Shown here: positions 45,641 to 55,690 of the stretch, in pieces | Layout of the letters: each line of letters opens with the position of its first letter | Numbering within the stretch: position 1 is the stretch's first letter | Made by a program: the position numbers and the translations under genes | Origin: Gammaproteobacteria bacterium | GTDB lineage: Bacteria; Pseudomonadota; Gammaproteobacteria; Eutrophobiales; Eutrophobiaceae | Length of the DNA stretch: 64,000 nt | Direction: 5' to 3' | Assembly (NCBI GenBank): GCA_965207165.1 | Contig: OZ242265.1 | Coordinates: forward strand, 809,101 to 873,100 | The notes under the pieces: model-generated | Told to the model about the DNA's origin: nothing | Seen by the model: only the letters and a program-made list of their open reading frames with translations | The model's database searches: none

Positions 45641-46927
45641 TCAGATGGCGTTTGTATAAGTATAGATACTGAGCGCCAGGATACAGACGATCAGCATGGT
45701 AAACGCATAGCCCAGGTTCCCGCGCATTATCGAAAAGGAAGAAATCCCGAACCGGCCCTGCAGGGTCAGGTTAACCCCGGAAAACGGGGAGGCGACAATG
45801 CTGTTCCCCCACATCATCATCATTGCCACGCCCAGCAGGTTGACGTTGTATGAGGTATTGACAAGCAGGCTTCCCACGATTGAAATCGTGATGATTGGGT
45901 GCACGCCGACCAGTGAAAACAGCATCGCTGCCAGGATAAAACCGCCGGCGACCAGCGGTGAGACGTCCGCTATGCCAAGAGAGATATCGCTGCTGAGCAA
46001 CAGGGTGGATATACCGGTAGACATGACCCCTGCGGCCAGGAACAGCATCAGTTCACGGTATATATTCGGCAGGCCGGTAGCAATGTGCCCCCCAATTTGC
46101 TGTATTGCGGTGGACGGGTTGCGGATAACAAGAACCAGCAGGGCGAGCAGGAAGGAAAGGATCGTTATCAGGGTAAGGACGGGAAAAGCCGGAAACAGTT
46201 TATTTAACACGATAACTGCTATCGACAGCAGCAAAGGAATAAACAGCGCTTCGAAGCGAAGGGGATAGCCGCAGGTATCGTGGCTTTCCTTATCTCGCAC
46301 CAGTTGCCAGGTAGTAATCAGCAAACCGGCCAAGGCAACAGGAATACCCGCCAGCACCAGGGTGATGAAGTCGGAACCGGGTGCGTAGACCAGGGCGGTA
46401 GCGATGGAGACATAGAATGGCGACCAGTAACAGCCGCTACAGAATGAGCGGGAAAACAGGATTACCTGCAAGCGGTTGATCTTTGCCGCCTGTTCCATGC
46501 GGTTGCCGAATATCATGACCGCGGACAGGTTGATTACCGATGCGAACAGGTGCAAGCCCCAGGCAGTTTTTACCAGGGCTTTTATTCCCCTGGGGATTGG
46601 ATCTGTTTCCTGGTCACCCGGCCCTGTTATCAGGCGCAGGAAAGTTACCGAGGCGATCAGGGCGACCACGTGGATATTTGCCGAAACTGCCCTGGTCAGA
46701 TCCAGGTGAATGCCGTTCAGTATCACCCATGCTATGCATCCCGATCCGATAGCCAGCATCCCGGATATCTGGTACACCATGGTCCGGGGCAACTGGTGAA
46801 ACAACATCACAGCCGCCAGCCAGCCGGCAAGACCGGGCCAGAGTGGGGAGACCAGGGAAGAGGACGCTGACACAACTGCCAGCACTGCCATGGTAAACAG
46901 GAGAGCGCCCGGCAGTTTAGCCTGCAT
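45641..46927 (-). CDS. Polytopic membrane protein, putative permease
   Basis: 428 aa with at least 10 hydrophobic helices. No family recognised with certainty. Confidence 0.6.
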   Translation of the reverse strand: MQAKLPGALLFTMAVLAVVSASSSLVSPLWPGLAGWLAAVMLFHQLPRTMVYQISGMLAIGSGCIAWVILNGIHLDLTRAVSANIHVVALIASVTFLRLITGPGDQETDPIPRGIKALVKTAWGLHLFASVINLSAVMIFGNRMEQAAKINRLQVILFSRSFCSGCYWSPFYVSIATALVYAPGSDFITLVLAGIPVALAGLLITTWQLVRDKESHDTCGYPLRFEALFIPLLLSIAVIVLNKLFPAFPVLTLITILSFLLALLVLVIRNPSTAIQQIGGHIATGLPNIYRELMLFLAAGVMSTGISTLLLSSDISLGIADVSPLVAGGFILAAMLFSLVGVHPIITISIVGSLLVNTSYNVNLLGVAMMMMWGNSIVASPFSGVNLTLQGRFGISSFSIMRGNLGYAFTMLIVCILALSIYTYTNAI

Positions 46928-46972
46928 ATTTCACCAGTCTACGCGCCTCACTTGTCTTGATGTGGTTTAAGC

Positions 46973-47800
46973 TCAGTCCATTTCAAGCAGAAAGTCGGTA
47001 ACCAGTTTGTTGAAACGCTGATTATGCTCTATCTGGGTCCAGTGTCCGCAGTTGCCGAATATGTGCAGTTGCGAGTTTTTGATGCATTTGAACAACTGTT
47101 CCGAGCAGGACACCGGGATGATGCGGTCATCCCGTCCGTGGATGATCAGGGTCTCATGTTCGATGTTGCTGACGTCGGCTTCGCTGCTGCAGATTTTCCT
47201 GATACCTTCCTGGCGCGGTGCCGGGAACATGGCTGCGTAAGCCTCCTGTACGCCCGGCCGGAGACCGGCTTCATACCTGAGTTGGGCCAGTTCATCCGTG
47301 ACCAGTTCACGGTTGTAGGCAAACAGGTCCAGCAATCTGCGCATATTGTCCAGGGAGGGTGTATAACCCCAGGTCAGGTCCAGACCTTCCGTCAACTCGA
47401 ATTCAAGACCGACACTGCCCATCAGCACCAGGCGGGAGACCCGTTCGGGCGCATGAACCGCCAGCGCAACAGCCAGCGAGCCGCCAAAGGAATTGCCGAC
47501 CACGTGGGCCTGTTCGAGCTCCATGGCGTCCAGGAAATCCAGCGCGTGCCGGAGCCAGGTTTCCATGTCGTAACGGATATCGTCAGGCCGCTCGGTAAAC
47601 CCGAAACCGACGATATCCGGTGCGATAACGCGAAAATTGTCCGCCAGGTGGGGAATCACCAGGCGCCAGTTCGCCCAGGCGCTGACGCCGGGACCAGATC
47701 CGTGCAGGAGCAGCACGGGAGCGCCTTGACCCTGGTCATGGTAGTTCGTAGCGATCCCGCCGGAATTGATTGATAAGCCGATTTCAGGAGAGGTAGTCAT
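46973..47800 (-). CDS. Alpha/beta hydrolase, meta-cleavage-product (2-hydroxy-6-oxo-dienoate) hydrolase type
   Basis: LLLHGSGPGVSAWANW..., nucleophile elbow GNSFGG, and HGRDD and CGHW motifs, as in BphD/TodF/XylF-type hydrolases. Confidence 0.8.
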   Translation of the reverse strand: MTTSPEIGLSINSGGIATNYHDQGQGAPVLLLHGSGPGVSAWANWRLVIPHLADNFRVIAPDIVGFGFTERPDDIRYDMETWLRHALDFLDAMELEQAHVVGNSFGGSLAVALAVHAPERVSRLVLMGSVGLEFELTEGLDLTWGYTPSLDNMRRLLDLFAYNRELVTDELAQLRYEAGLRPGVQEAYAAMFPAPRQEGIRKICSSEADVSNIEHETLIIHGRDDRIIPVSCSEQLFKCIKNSQLHIFGNCGHWTQIEHNQRFNKLVTDFLLEMD

Positions 47801-47910
47801 CTCGGTGTCCTTGTTATGGGTTCTTTTTGTCGATTATTATATAAAGAATCGATATTCTATCAGTATTGTTTCCATGTTGGGGAACGCAAACTATCCTGAG
47901 GCCGACGGCA

Positions 47911-48639
47911 ATGAAAAGCACAGACAAGAAACATTTTGTCCTGGTACACGGCGCCTGGCACGGCGCCTGGTGCTGGGAGAAGGTAACGCCGCTGATCAGT
48001 AAAGCAGGCCACGAAGCACATGTGCTTGACCTGCCGGGACTGGGTAATGATCCCGCGCCGATTGCGGATATTACCCTGGATTCCTACGTGAATGCCGTGA
48101 GGGATTTAATCCTGACGATAGATCATGACGTGATACTGGTGGGGCACAGCATGGGCGGACTGGTCATTACCCAGACTGCGGAACTGGTTCCCGACAGGAT
48201 ACGCGCTCTGGGTTACCTGGCTGCATTCTCCCCTGCAGACGGTGAATCCCTGTTCCAGCATGCCATGGCCGATACTGAATCCCACGTCACGCGGTTCAAC
48301 CAGGTAAACGAGGCAGAGGGGTATTTCACCATTCCGCCTGACAAGCTGCCGGACTGTTTCTACGGCTTGTGCAGCGAGGAAGATACCCGTAACGCCATCG
48401 CCAGGTTGCGCCCGCAACCGTTGGCCCCGTTAGTGCAGACCGTCAGCATCACCCCGGAAAATTACGGCCGGGTGCGCCGTTGCTACATCGAATGCACCAA
48501 GGACCAGGCCCTGACCTGGCCCATGCAGCAGCAGATGCAGAAAAAGGCCAGGCTGGATGCGTTGCTCACGCTGGAAACGGACCATTCGCCGTTTTATGCC
48601 TGCCCTGAAGACCTGGTTGATTGCCTGATCAGGCTATGA
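47911..48639 (+). CDS. Alpha/beta hydrolase, methylesterase/salicylate-esterase-like
   Basis: KHFVLVHGAWHGAWCW start and a GHSMGG nucleophile elbow. ATG at 47911 is preferred to the track start at 47866. Confidence 0.75.
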   Translation: MKSTDKKHFVLVHGAWHGAWCWEKVTPLISKAGHEAHVLDLPGLGNDPAPIADITLDSYVNAVRDLILTIDHDVILVGHSMGGLVITQTAELVPDRIRALGYLAAFSPADGESLFQHAMADTESHVTRFNQVNEAEGYFTIPPDKLPDCFYGLCSEEDTRNAIARLRPQPLAPLVQTVSITPENYGRVRRCYIECTKDQALTWPMQQQMQKKARLDALLTLETDHSPFYACPEDLVDCLIRL

Positions 48640-48679
48640 AGTGATTATGATCCACCTGGAAATTACAAGGATATGCGGA

Positions 48680-50158
48680 TCAATATCTTTCGAAGTACTC
48701 CTGGTGTTCCCATTCGGTGACAGTTGATAGAAACCGGTGTATTTCGTGTTGTTTCAGCCCCAGGTAATAATTGATAAAGACTTCACCGAAAGAATCCTTG
48801 AACAGTTTCGATTCCGATAGCGCTGTGACCGCTTCCATCAGGCTTCTGGGCAATGCCGGCTTCTCAACCTGGGAATACGGGTCGCTTACCGGCGGTCCTG
48901 GGTCGCGTTTCAATTTCAACCCATCGAGTCCGGCTGCCACCTGTGAGGCGATGAACAGGTAGGGATTTGCGGCCGGCTCACCCGAGCGGTTTTCAATATG
49001 GGTGACCGGATCGTCGCCGCCACCAACCAGACGCAAATACGCGGCTTTGTTATCCACCGACCATACTGCGCGATTAGGCGCCAGGGGGTTTGCGTTGAGG
49101 CGTTTATAGCCGTTAATAGTAGGATTTGAAAAAGCCGTACTAGCTGCAGAATGGGCAATCAAGCCCCCGACATAATGTTGTCCGGTATCCGACAACAAGT
49201 CTCCGCGTTGACGGGTGGCAAACGCATTATTCCCATCGTCAATACCAGCTAACGATTGATGGAGATGCCAGCCTGATGAATAAACATTAGGTAGTGCAGG
49301 CTTGCACATAAACGTGACCAGACAGTTATTATGGCGAGCCACCTGTTTCAATGTCGAGCGTAAAAGTATCATCGCATCGGCCGCGTCAAGAGCAGGCAAT
49401 GGATCCAAAGTGATTTCACACTGTCCAGGCCCCCACTCATCCTCCATGGACCGGACCGGCAAGCCCAGGGCATGAAGATGTTCATAGAATGGATACATTA
49501 TCGGCGCATGAATATCGATTTCCTGTTCCGACTGGTATTGATAACCATGGCCCAATGGTTTTACCGAAGGAGGAACTGCCGGTTGAGTCGATGCGTCCAT
49601 GGTAAGGTTGGCATCGTCTATCTGGAACAGGTGAAATTCAACTTCAAGACCGATGACCAGTTTATATCCTGCGTTTTCCAGCTGTTCGAGTTGTCTGTAT
49701 AACAACGTGCGGGGCGATAACGGCATCGGCTTGCCGGATTTCAGGTACAGGTCACACATTATCCATCCTGTATCCGGGACCCATGGCAACACACGGAAAG
49801 TGCCGGGGTCAGGCACCATCAACATATCACCGGCCCCTCCCATCTCTTCATTGCCAAAACCGCCGTCATCAGTAAATACGGGCAGGTAAATGTTATTGGC
49901 AGAATCCATGGCAAAAGGTGCGTGAGTGGTTGCAATACCGTTATGGAATGAAGTGAGAAAACGTGCTACAGGCAACACCTTGCCACGGCAGATGCCGTGT
50001 TGGTCACTGTATATCACACGCACGAAACGCAAATCTTTTTCCTTGATTTCGTCAGCGATTTTTTGCGCAGAGTTGCGCTGGTCGGCATCCCAGAGGTTGT
50101 GCCGGTTGATAAAATCAGTGCGTCCTATCGACGCTGCGTTTTGCGTATGTTGTGGCAT
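48680..50158 (-). CDS. Glutamine-synthetase-family enzyme (gamma-glutamyl-amine synthetase type, PuuA/TdnQ-like)
   Basis: GS beta-grasp and catalytic domain pattern, 492 aa. Last gene of the minus-strand operon, directly after the Rieske alpha/beta genes. Confidence 0.8.
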   Translation of the reverse strand: MPQHTQNAASIGRTDFINRHNLWDADQRNSAQKIADEIKEKDLRFVRVIYSDQHGICRGKVLPVARFLTSFHNGIATTHAPFAMDSANNIYLPVFTDDGGFGNEEMGGAGDMLMVPDPGTFRVLPWVPDTGWIMCDLYLKSGKPMPLSPRTLLYRQLEQLENAGYKLVIGLEVEFHLFQIDDANLTMDASTQPAVPPSVKPLGHGYQYQSEQEIDIHAPIMYPFYEHLHALGLPVRSMEDEWGPGQCEITLDPLPALDAADAMILLRSTLKQVARHNNCLVTFMCKPALPNVYSSGWHLHQSLAGIDDGNNAFATRQRGDLLSDTGQHYVGGLIAHSAASTAFSNPTINGYKRLNANPLAPNRAVWSVDNKAAYLRLVGGGDDPVTHIENRSGEPAANPYLFIASQVAAGLDGLKLKRDPGPPVSDPYSQVEKPALPRSLMEAVTALSESKLFKDSFGEVFINYYLGLKQHEIHRFLSTVTEWEHQEYFERY

Positions 50159-50178
50159 CGGCGTTGGTGCGGTACCCG

Positions 50179-50808
50179 TTATAGAAAGAAAGTATTGTTC
50201 TCTTGCGGCAGGTCGGCATCAATTAGATTGATCTGTTTGACCGTTATCAGCCAGTTATTGCCGTAGTTCTTGAGCGCATAACCGCACCACCCTGACAGGA
50301 TTCGGTGCCGTCCCCTGACGAGTGCGTCAATCAAAAAATTTGCTCTTGCCAGCATCTGCTTGTCTGTTCCGTGCCAGAACTCAATATTGCTGAGCAGGTG
50401 GCGCGTGCGTACGGGCGGGATCATTGAATATGCGAAACCGGTCTGAATTCGAGCCACACGATCCTCGAGGCGGCGGCGGTCCTGAAACTCCAGTGTGACG
50501 TCTTTACGGGGGTCTGACATGGAGTTTATGGAGGGTATCCAGTAAATACATTCCTTGTCGTAGCAATCCAGCCAGCTTTCCAGTTGCAACTCATCTGCAA
50601 ACCTGGCCTCCGCATAGAGTATTGCTTCACAGTCCAGGCGTGCGGTTTCATCCGGGCGCTCAACAACTTGAATCGGTTTTGCACGTTGCCATTCCCGCGC
50701 CAGAGAGAGGAGCCATTCGTATAATGTATCATCAACGTAGTATGAAGTTTGTGTCGATGTGTCGTGCTGAGGTGTTGCCATCGGACACTTACCCTGATCT
50801 GAATTCAA
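50179..50808 (-). CDS. Aromatic ring-hydroxylating dioxygenase, beta subunit
   Basis: NTF2-like beta-subunit pattern (EARFADE..W..C..KEC.YW). Overlaps the alpha-subunit stop; an alternative ATG lies at 50781. Confidence 0.8.
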   Translation of the reverse strand: MNSDQGKCPMATPQHDTSTQTSYYVDDTLYEWLLSLAREWQRAKPIQVVERPDETARLDCEAILYAEARFADELQLESWLDCYDKECIYWIPSINSMSDPRKDVTLEFQDRRRLEDRVARIQTGFAYSMIPPVRTRHLLSNIEFWHGTDKQMLARANFLIDALVRGRHRILSGWCGYALKNYGNNWLITVKQINLIDADLPQENNTFFL

Positions 50809-52120
50809 GTTCGGTACCCATCAACCGTTTCCACTCCGCAAAATAAGAGCGCATATGCAGGTCGGATGATATGGGCGCCGTTATTACGCCTCTTTCGTCA
50901 ACCCGTTCAACCCCGGTTTCCATGTGCCGGCTTATATCCACCCATTCCATCTCGGTTACCGACATGCCTTCGAAGCAGGATTCAAAGTTAGCATTGTCGT
51001 CAACTTCACCAAACATTGGAAAGTCCTCCTGGGTTCGCAAACGCAAGGTGTTGACTGCGGGCGGCACGTTATCCAGCGAAGTTGCGTGCCAGAGCATGTC
51101 CGTCTTGTCAACTGACAGTGGTATGAGCATTTGAATCTGGTTGCCGACAAACAGCAGGTTGGGGAAAATGGAAAGGTTCATTCCTGCCCCGGTCGCGGTT
51201 TCCAGTAATTCAAGCGCTTTAGCCCTGCCTGTCTCATTGGTGAGTTGTTCAACGATTATTTCCCGTCCGGGTTGCGGTCGCTGGCGTTCAAAGGCTGAAC
51301 TTTCATACATGCACGGGCGTTGATCCAAAAAAGTGTGACCATTTCCCAAAGCTTGAGAGTACATTGGCGTTTCATCAATATTACCGCTGAAATAGTCGAT
51401 ATCGCGAGATTTTCCATGCCGGCGGTTGGTCATACGTAGCAGGGATTGATGGGAATACTCCGGGTGGTAACCATCACCCGCGTTATCGTAGATACATTTC
51501 CAGTTGCTGTTTACCAGGTAACGTTGCGCACTGGACACACGTATTGCGCCGGCGTCACCACCATTGTGGTCTATCCACTCATCCATGCGCTCCGCCGCCG
51601 GACCCAGGTGATCAACAAGGCCTTTTTCGCCTTTGACAGGATTCAGCGTTCCGAAAATGAAGCCGCGGTACTCGGCGACGTAAGGAACCCGGGCAAGATT
51701 ACGGCTGGTTTTGTCAAAGTTTGCGCCATAGGCCGCGTCGACGGGGATTCCCACGCACTCGCCGGTATTCCGGAAAGTCCAGCCGTGATAACCACAGGTA
51801 AAAAATTGTGCCTTTCCGGTCATCGTGCGGCATACGCGGGCGCCCCGATGCGAACAGCGGTTAATGAGTGCGTGTAATTCTCCGTCTTTATCCCTGGTAA
51901 CGATGAGCGGGCGCGAGCCGAAGTGGCGGGTGACGAAACTGTTGGGTTCTGCCAGTTCACTTACGTGCGCCAGATATATCCATGTGCCGCCGAATATACG
52001 CTGCTGTTCAAGCTCGAATATAGCCGGCTCAACGTATAATGAGCGGTGTACCCGGCCGGGTTGTACCAGATAATCCCACTCGTACTCCAGGCCTGACACT
52101 GAATTGTTGGAGCCGGTCAT
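50789..52120 (-). CDS. Rieske [2Fe-2S] aromatic ring-hydroxylating dioxygenase, alpha subunit
   Basis: CSHRGARVC...CGYHGW Rieske motif. Paralogous in pattern to the alpha subunit at 16979-18277. Confidence 0.9.
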   Translation of the reverse strand: MTGSNNSVSGLEYEWDYLVQPGRVHRSLYVEPAIFELEQQRIFGGTWIYLAHVSELAEPNSFVTRHFGSRPLIVTRDKDGELHALINRCSHRGARVCRTMTGKAQFFTCGYHGWTFRNTGECVGIPVDAAYGANFDKTSRNLARVPYVAEYRGFIFGTLNPVKGEKGLVDHLGPAAERMDEWIDHNGGDAGAIRVSSAQRYLVNSNWKCIYDNAGDGYHPEYSHQSLLRMTNRRHGKSRDIDYFSGNIDETPMYSQALGNGHTFLDQRPCMYESSAFERQRPQPGREIIVEQLTNETGRAKALELLETATGAGMNLSIFPNLLFVGNQIQMLIPLSVDKTDMLWHATSLDNVPPAVNTLRLRTQEDFPMFGEVDDNANFESCFEGMSVTEMEWVDISRHMETGVERVDERGVITAPISSDLHMRSYFAEWKRLMGTELEFRSG

Positions 52121-52140
52121 TTGCTCAAAGCGGTCAATTC

Positions 52141-53559
52141 CTATTGATAGTCCCGCAGTTGGTCAACATCGAACATTTCTTCCGATACACGTTCGTCCCG
52201 GCCTTCCCAATTTGGGTCCATGTATAAGGTTGACATGCGTTTGGTAACGTAGTTATTGACCATGCAGTAACGCCACATGGCATCCCCTTCCGTCGGACGC
52301 CAGGCGCGACTGTCTTCCCAATTCCTGAATTTGTTACCTCTCGGATCTTCCGTGAGGTGGTACTGCATGTAATAGAACTCCTTATCGACCCATGTCCGGC
52401 GCTTGGAATATATGTATTTGCCGGTCTTGTCGATAATATCCAGGATCCATACCGGACGTAATTCCACTTCCAGTGATCTAAAATTGCACTGATCTTCCGT
52501 CAGTACGGCTGAATCATAGATATAACCCACCTCGGGTGAGGTCAGGATAAAGCCTTCTCCGGCCAGCACGTAATCGAACTTGCTTACATCGGTTTTACCC
52601 CAGTATGCACGCCAGTCATCCCAGATCAGTTCCTGCCCTGATGCAATCGGATCCTGTGCATCAGACCCGGTTAAGATGCGGGTGCGGCGCAAACTGGGAA
52701 TAAATACCTTGAAATCATCATCCTTGTCGGCATCGGGATAGCGCTGGCGGACGCCGGCAAGACCGCGAATATCCAGGGGTTCAAGGAAGAATATCGAACC
52801 TCCCTCTATGAAATCCTCTTTGCCGTCTATCTCGCCTAAAGGACCGGTATTTTTTCGATTATGATAATGCCACCACCACAAATCAGCCTTGTATTCGCTG
52901 TCAAGCCGTCCCCCAGCCGTACAGGCGCGCATATGGATAGGCTCAAAGTTCAGTGTATCAGTGTTTACTGAATGAGCCACATACGACCAGTTTAATTCCA
53001 GGCCGTTTTTTGGGTTCAGAAACGGGATGGAAGTGGCTCCAGCACCGGTCATCAATGCGTAACTTCCATCCGGATAAAGCAGTTCGCCATCTTCATTGAT
53101 AACCAGTTCGATCCCTTTCTCCTTCAATTCCTTGGTCCCTGCCAGGTATCCTTTATGCATGTAATAGGTATTGGTGGGAACGATAGTGATTTCGGCAATG
53201 TTGCTCCATGACGATGACAAATGTTCTATGAATTCCAGAGGCATATAATCCGTTAACCAGGGATATTGATCTACATTATCCTTGGTAATTCTAAGGCCCG
53301 GCTTTAATTCTTCCGGCAAATCGGCCTGTTCCATGAGGTCGTACGCATCGTATCCTCTTAATTCTCTCCACTCTGCCGCAAGAGCAATCGCCTCAGGCTT
53401 TGAGATTTCTTCTACCCACCTGGCATGATTGGGATCCCCCGTTGCTGCGGCAAAGGCTTTCCATGCCTCCAATGCCTTGTTTGTTTCAGCATGAATAACC
53501 GGACTGAGAAAAAAGCTGAAAAGACAAATTGTCAGGGTTATGATTTTATTGTTCATCAC
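52141..53559 (-). CDS. DUF1329-family periplasmic protein (LolA-like fold family)
   Basis: Signal peptide (ITLTICLFSFFLSPVIHA), about 470 aa, W/Y-rich pattern. Canonical position downstream of a DUF1302-like barrel gene. Confidence 0.7.
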   Translation of the reverse strand: MMNNKIITLTICLFSFFLSPVIHAETNKALEAWKAFAAATGDPNHARWVEEISKPEAIALAAEWRELRGYDAYDLMEQADLPEELKPGLRITKDNVDQYPWLTDYMPLEFIEHLSSSWSNIAEITIVPTNTYYMHKGYLAGTKELKEKGIELVINEDGELLYPDGSYALMTGAGATSIPFLNPKNGLELNWSYVAHSVNTDTLNFEPIHMRACTAGGRLDSEYKADLWWWHYHNRKNTGPLGEIDGKEDFIEGGSIFFLEPLDIRGLAGVRQRYPDADKDDDFKVFIPSLRRTRILTGSDAQDPIASGQELIWDDWRAYWGKTDVSKFDYVLAGEGFILTSPEVGYIYDSAVLTEDQCNFRSLEVELRPVWILDIIDKTGKYIYSKRRTWVDKEFYYMQYHLTEDPRGNKFRNWEDSRAWRPTEGDAMWRYCMVNNYVTKRMSTLYMDPNWEGRDERVSEEMFDVDQLRDYQ

Positions 53560-53604
53560 GTTTATCCTCCTATGTTCTGGGTCTGTTGCAGATCACAGTT
53601 TTTT

Positions 53605-55599
53605 TTAGAATTGAAATGTCAGCGACAGTTCTACAAAATCGGAATTGTCGAGTAAACCAATCGGCGCATTTTCACCACCATTACCGGCGAAATGCATCCA
53701 TTCCAACCGCGGGCGCCACCTTTTACCGAAGAAATTAAAATCGATCCGTTGCCGGTAATAATGCCCTTTATTGTCAAAATCCCTGATATACAAACCCTCC
53801 AGTACCAGGCGTTGTTGAAACAAGGGAGACTGCCAGAGGAAGGTAATATACTGGTGGTCCTTCGAGACCGTGTCAAAGGCATAAGGGGCCTGTTGCAGCA
53901 ATCCTTCATTGGCGTCAAAGGTGTGAATATTAAAAAATTGAAAACTGGTGAATACCGATTTCTCCTGGGTATCCCAACCAGGCACCCATAGAGGATAGTC
54001 AAAACCAACCATCGTTGACAGGACGTCACTCCGGGTAATGGTTTTGTCTTCGGTTGCAGCCAGTGCCGGGCTACCCGTTTCATCCCTGTTGTTCAGAGGT
54101 AGTGGCAGTACGCCGAACGGAGTATTCAGGGTCCCGATTGCCCCGGGATTCATGTGGCTGCGGTTAAAATATTTGTCGAATTCATAAGCAAATTCCAGAC
54201 GCATGGCCGGCGAAGTTTGTTTTGGGCCGAACTTGAATTCGCTCATGTCCCGGGCAAAGCTGAAACCAATCAGTTTTTGGCGGTGTTGATAATCGAGGTT
54301 GACGATACCATTGACCGAACAGGGCAGTCCGGCGCCCAGGCCGGGCTGTAACGGATCGCCGCATCCGCCCATCGACAAGGTTGTTAACGGGCTTTCAACC
54401 AACGGACCTACGCCGGCTATACCGCGCAGATAGGTAAGGTATCCACCGGTGGGAAATACGCCGCCGAGAGAAGGCCCTAAAAAGCCGGGGGCGCCGTGCA
54501 CTACCGTTTCAACGTCATTAGCAGTTAACGGTACTGTAGCGATAGATGCATCAATATTATTAAATCCGTTACCAACGATAAATGTGCCGCCTTCCAGGGT
54601 CACTGTCGGCAAATCCTGCATACCGTAGAAACCATTGACGGTAAACTGGCCCCCAAGAGAGTCAAACTTCAGACGGGCCGAGTATTCCGCGTCATCAAAA
54701 CCCCAATGGTTGGCTTCCTTGTCACGAATATCGAAGCCAAATCCTACAAAACCTGCTCCTGATACCGGGTCGATCACGTCAGGGAAGGGCAGTCCGAAGA
54801 TGCCCCCTGAGGAAGGATCGCTGGGATTTGGATTATTGACGACAAACTCGCTGTGTCTGACTTCCGGAACGATATTAACTTCAAGAACAGGTCGTCGCAT
54901 CCCCAAGGCTTCAAAAGGTTTGGAAATACCCAGTTTACGAAAGTTAAAATCGGCAGCAACCATGAATGCCGGAATTCGAAGCTCATCAGAATCCCGGAAG
55001 GCAAAGCGCTCGCGCAAGTCCTGCGCGTGCAGAACGTCCAGTAAACGCAAGCCGTCGGACTGTCCCCAGCCGCGCTGGAATTTACCGAGTTTGACTGTAA
55101 AGCGATTTTTCCTGTCGCGGTATTTGAGTGAAAATTCCCGGATGATCTCGTCGGCACTATCGAAATGGCGGATCCCTTTGGAAGATGCACAGAAAGTATC
55201 CGTGGTCGAATTAATGGCGGAACCTGAGCAGTTACCGGTGTTCAGGCGATAGGGCAAACGCCTGTTGAAGTTGCTCAATGAACCGGGGGCAACATCGGTC
55301 GGATCATGCATGCCGCTGCTGCTGATGGTATCCATTCCCGGGGCCCAGTCGCCACGCAGCCAGAAATTCCCGATAAACGTCCATTGCCGGTTTGGTCTCC
55401 ACGATGTTTTTACCTCAGCGAGATAGTTGGTTGGACCGTTTATCGTACCCTGGTTCTCAAGGTCGTAAAGAATCGAACCCCCCTGTTTTAATCGACCGTT
55501 CAGGCTCCAGTCTTTGCTCTTTAAATTGACTGCATACGATTGCCCTGCAATGACAAAGGTCGCAGAAATAAGCAGCAATAAATTCAGTATCTGTTTCAT
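53605..55599 (-). CDS. DUF1302-family outer-membrane beta-barrel protein
   Basis: Signal peptide from the ATG at 55599 (GAGG 9 nt upstream), alternating beta-strand pattern, and the C-terminal OMP signature ...LSLTFQF. Confidence 0.7.
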   Translation of the reverse strand: MKQILNLLLLISATFVIAGQSYAVNLKSKDWSLNGRLKQGGSILYDLENQGTINGPTNYLAEVKTSWRPNRQWTFIGNFWLRGDWAPGMDTISSSGMHDPTDVAPGSLSNFNRRLPYRLNTGNCSGSAINSTTDTFCASSKGIRHFDSADEIIREFSLKYRDRKNRFTVKLGKFQRGWGQSDGLRLLDVLHAQDLRERFAFRDSDELRIPAFMVAADFNFRKLGISKPFEALGMRRPVLEVNIVPEVRHSEFVVNNPNPSDPSSGGIFGLPFPDVIDPVSGAGFVGFGFDIRDKEANHWGFDDAEYSARLKFDSLGGQFTVNGFYGMQDLPTVTLEGGTFIVGNGFNNIDASIATVPLTANDVETVVHGAPGFLGPSLGGVFPTGGYLTYLRGIAGVGPLVESPLTTLSMGGCGDPLQPGLGAGLPCSVNGIVNLDYQHRQKLIGFSFARDMSEFKFGPKQTSPAMRLEFAYEFDKYFNRSHMNPGAIGTLNTPFGVLPLPLNNRDETGSPALAATEDKTITRSDVLSTMVGFDYPLWVPGWDTQEKSVFTSFQFFNIHTFDANEGLLQQAPYAFDTVSKDHQYITFLWQSPLFQQRLVLEGLYIRDFDNKGHYYRQRIDFNFFGKRWRPRLEWMHFAGNGGENAPIGLLDNSDFVELSLTFQF

Positions 55600-55690
55600 G
55601 TTATCGTGCCTCATTATTACCAGTAATGGTGTAACTATTTTTGATTAACCCAGTCTTTTGTGTAGTTTAAAATAAGCGTTGGACAAGGAT

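Noticed and set aside
48680-50158. Housekeeping glutamine synthetase (glnA)
   Set aside because: It is the last gene of a sigma-54 catabolic operon directly behind Rieske oxygenase genes, with no glnB or ntrBC context. It is more likely a gamma-glutamyl-amine ligase paralogue. The family call is kept, the glnA role is rejected.
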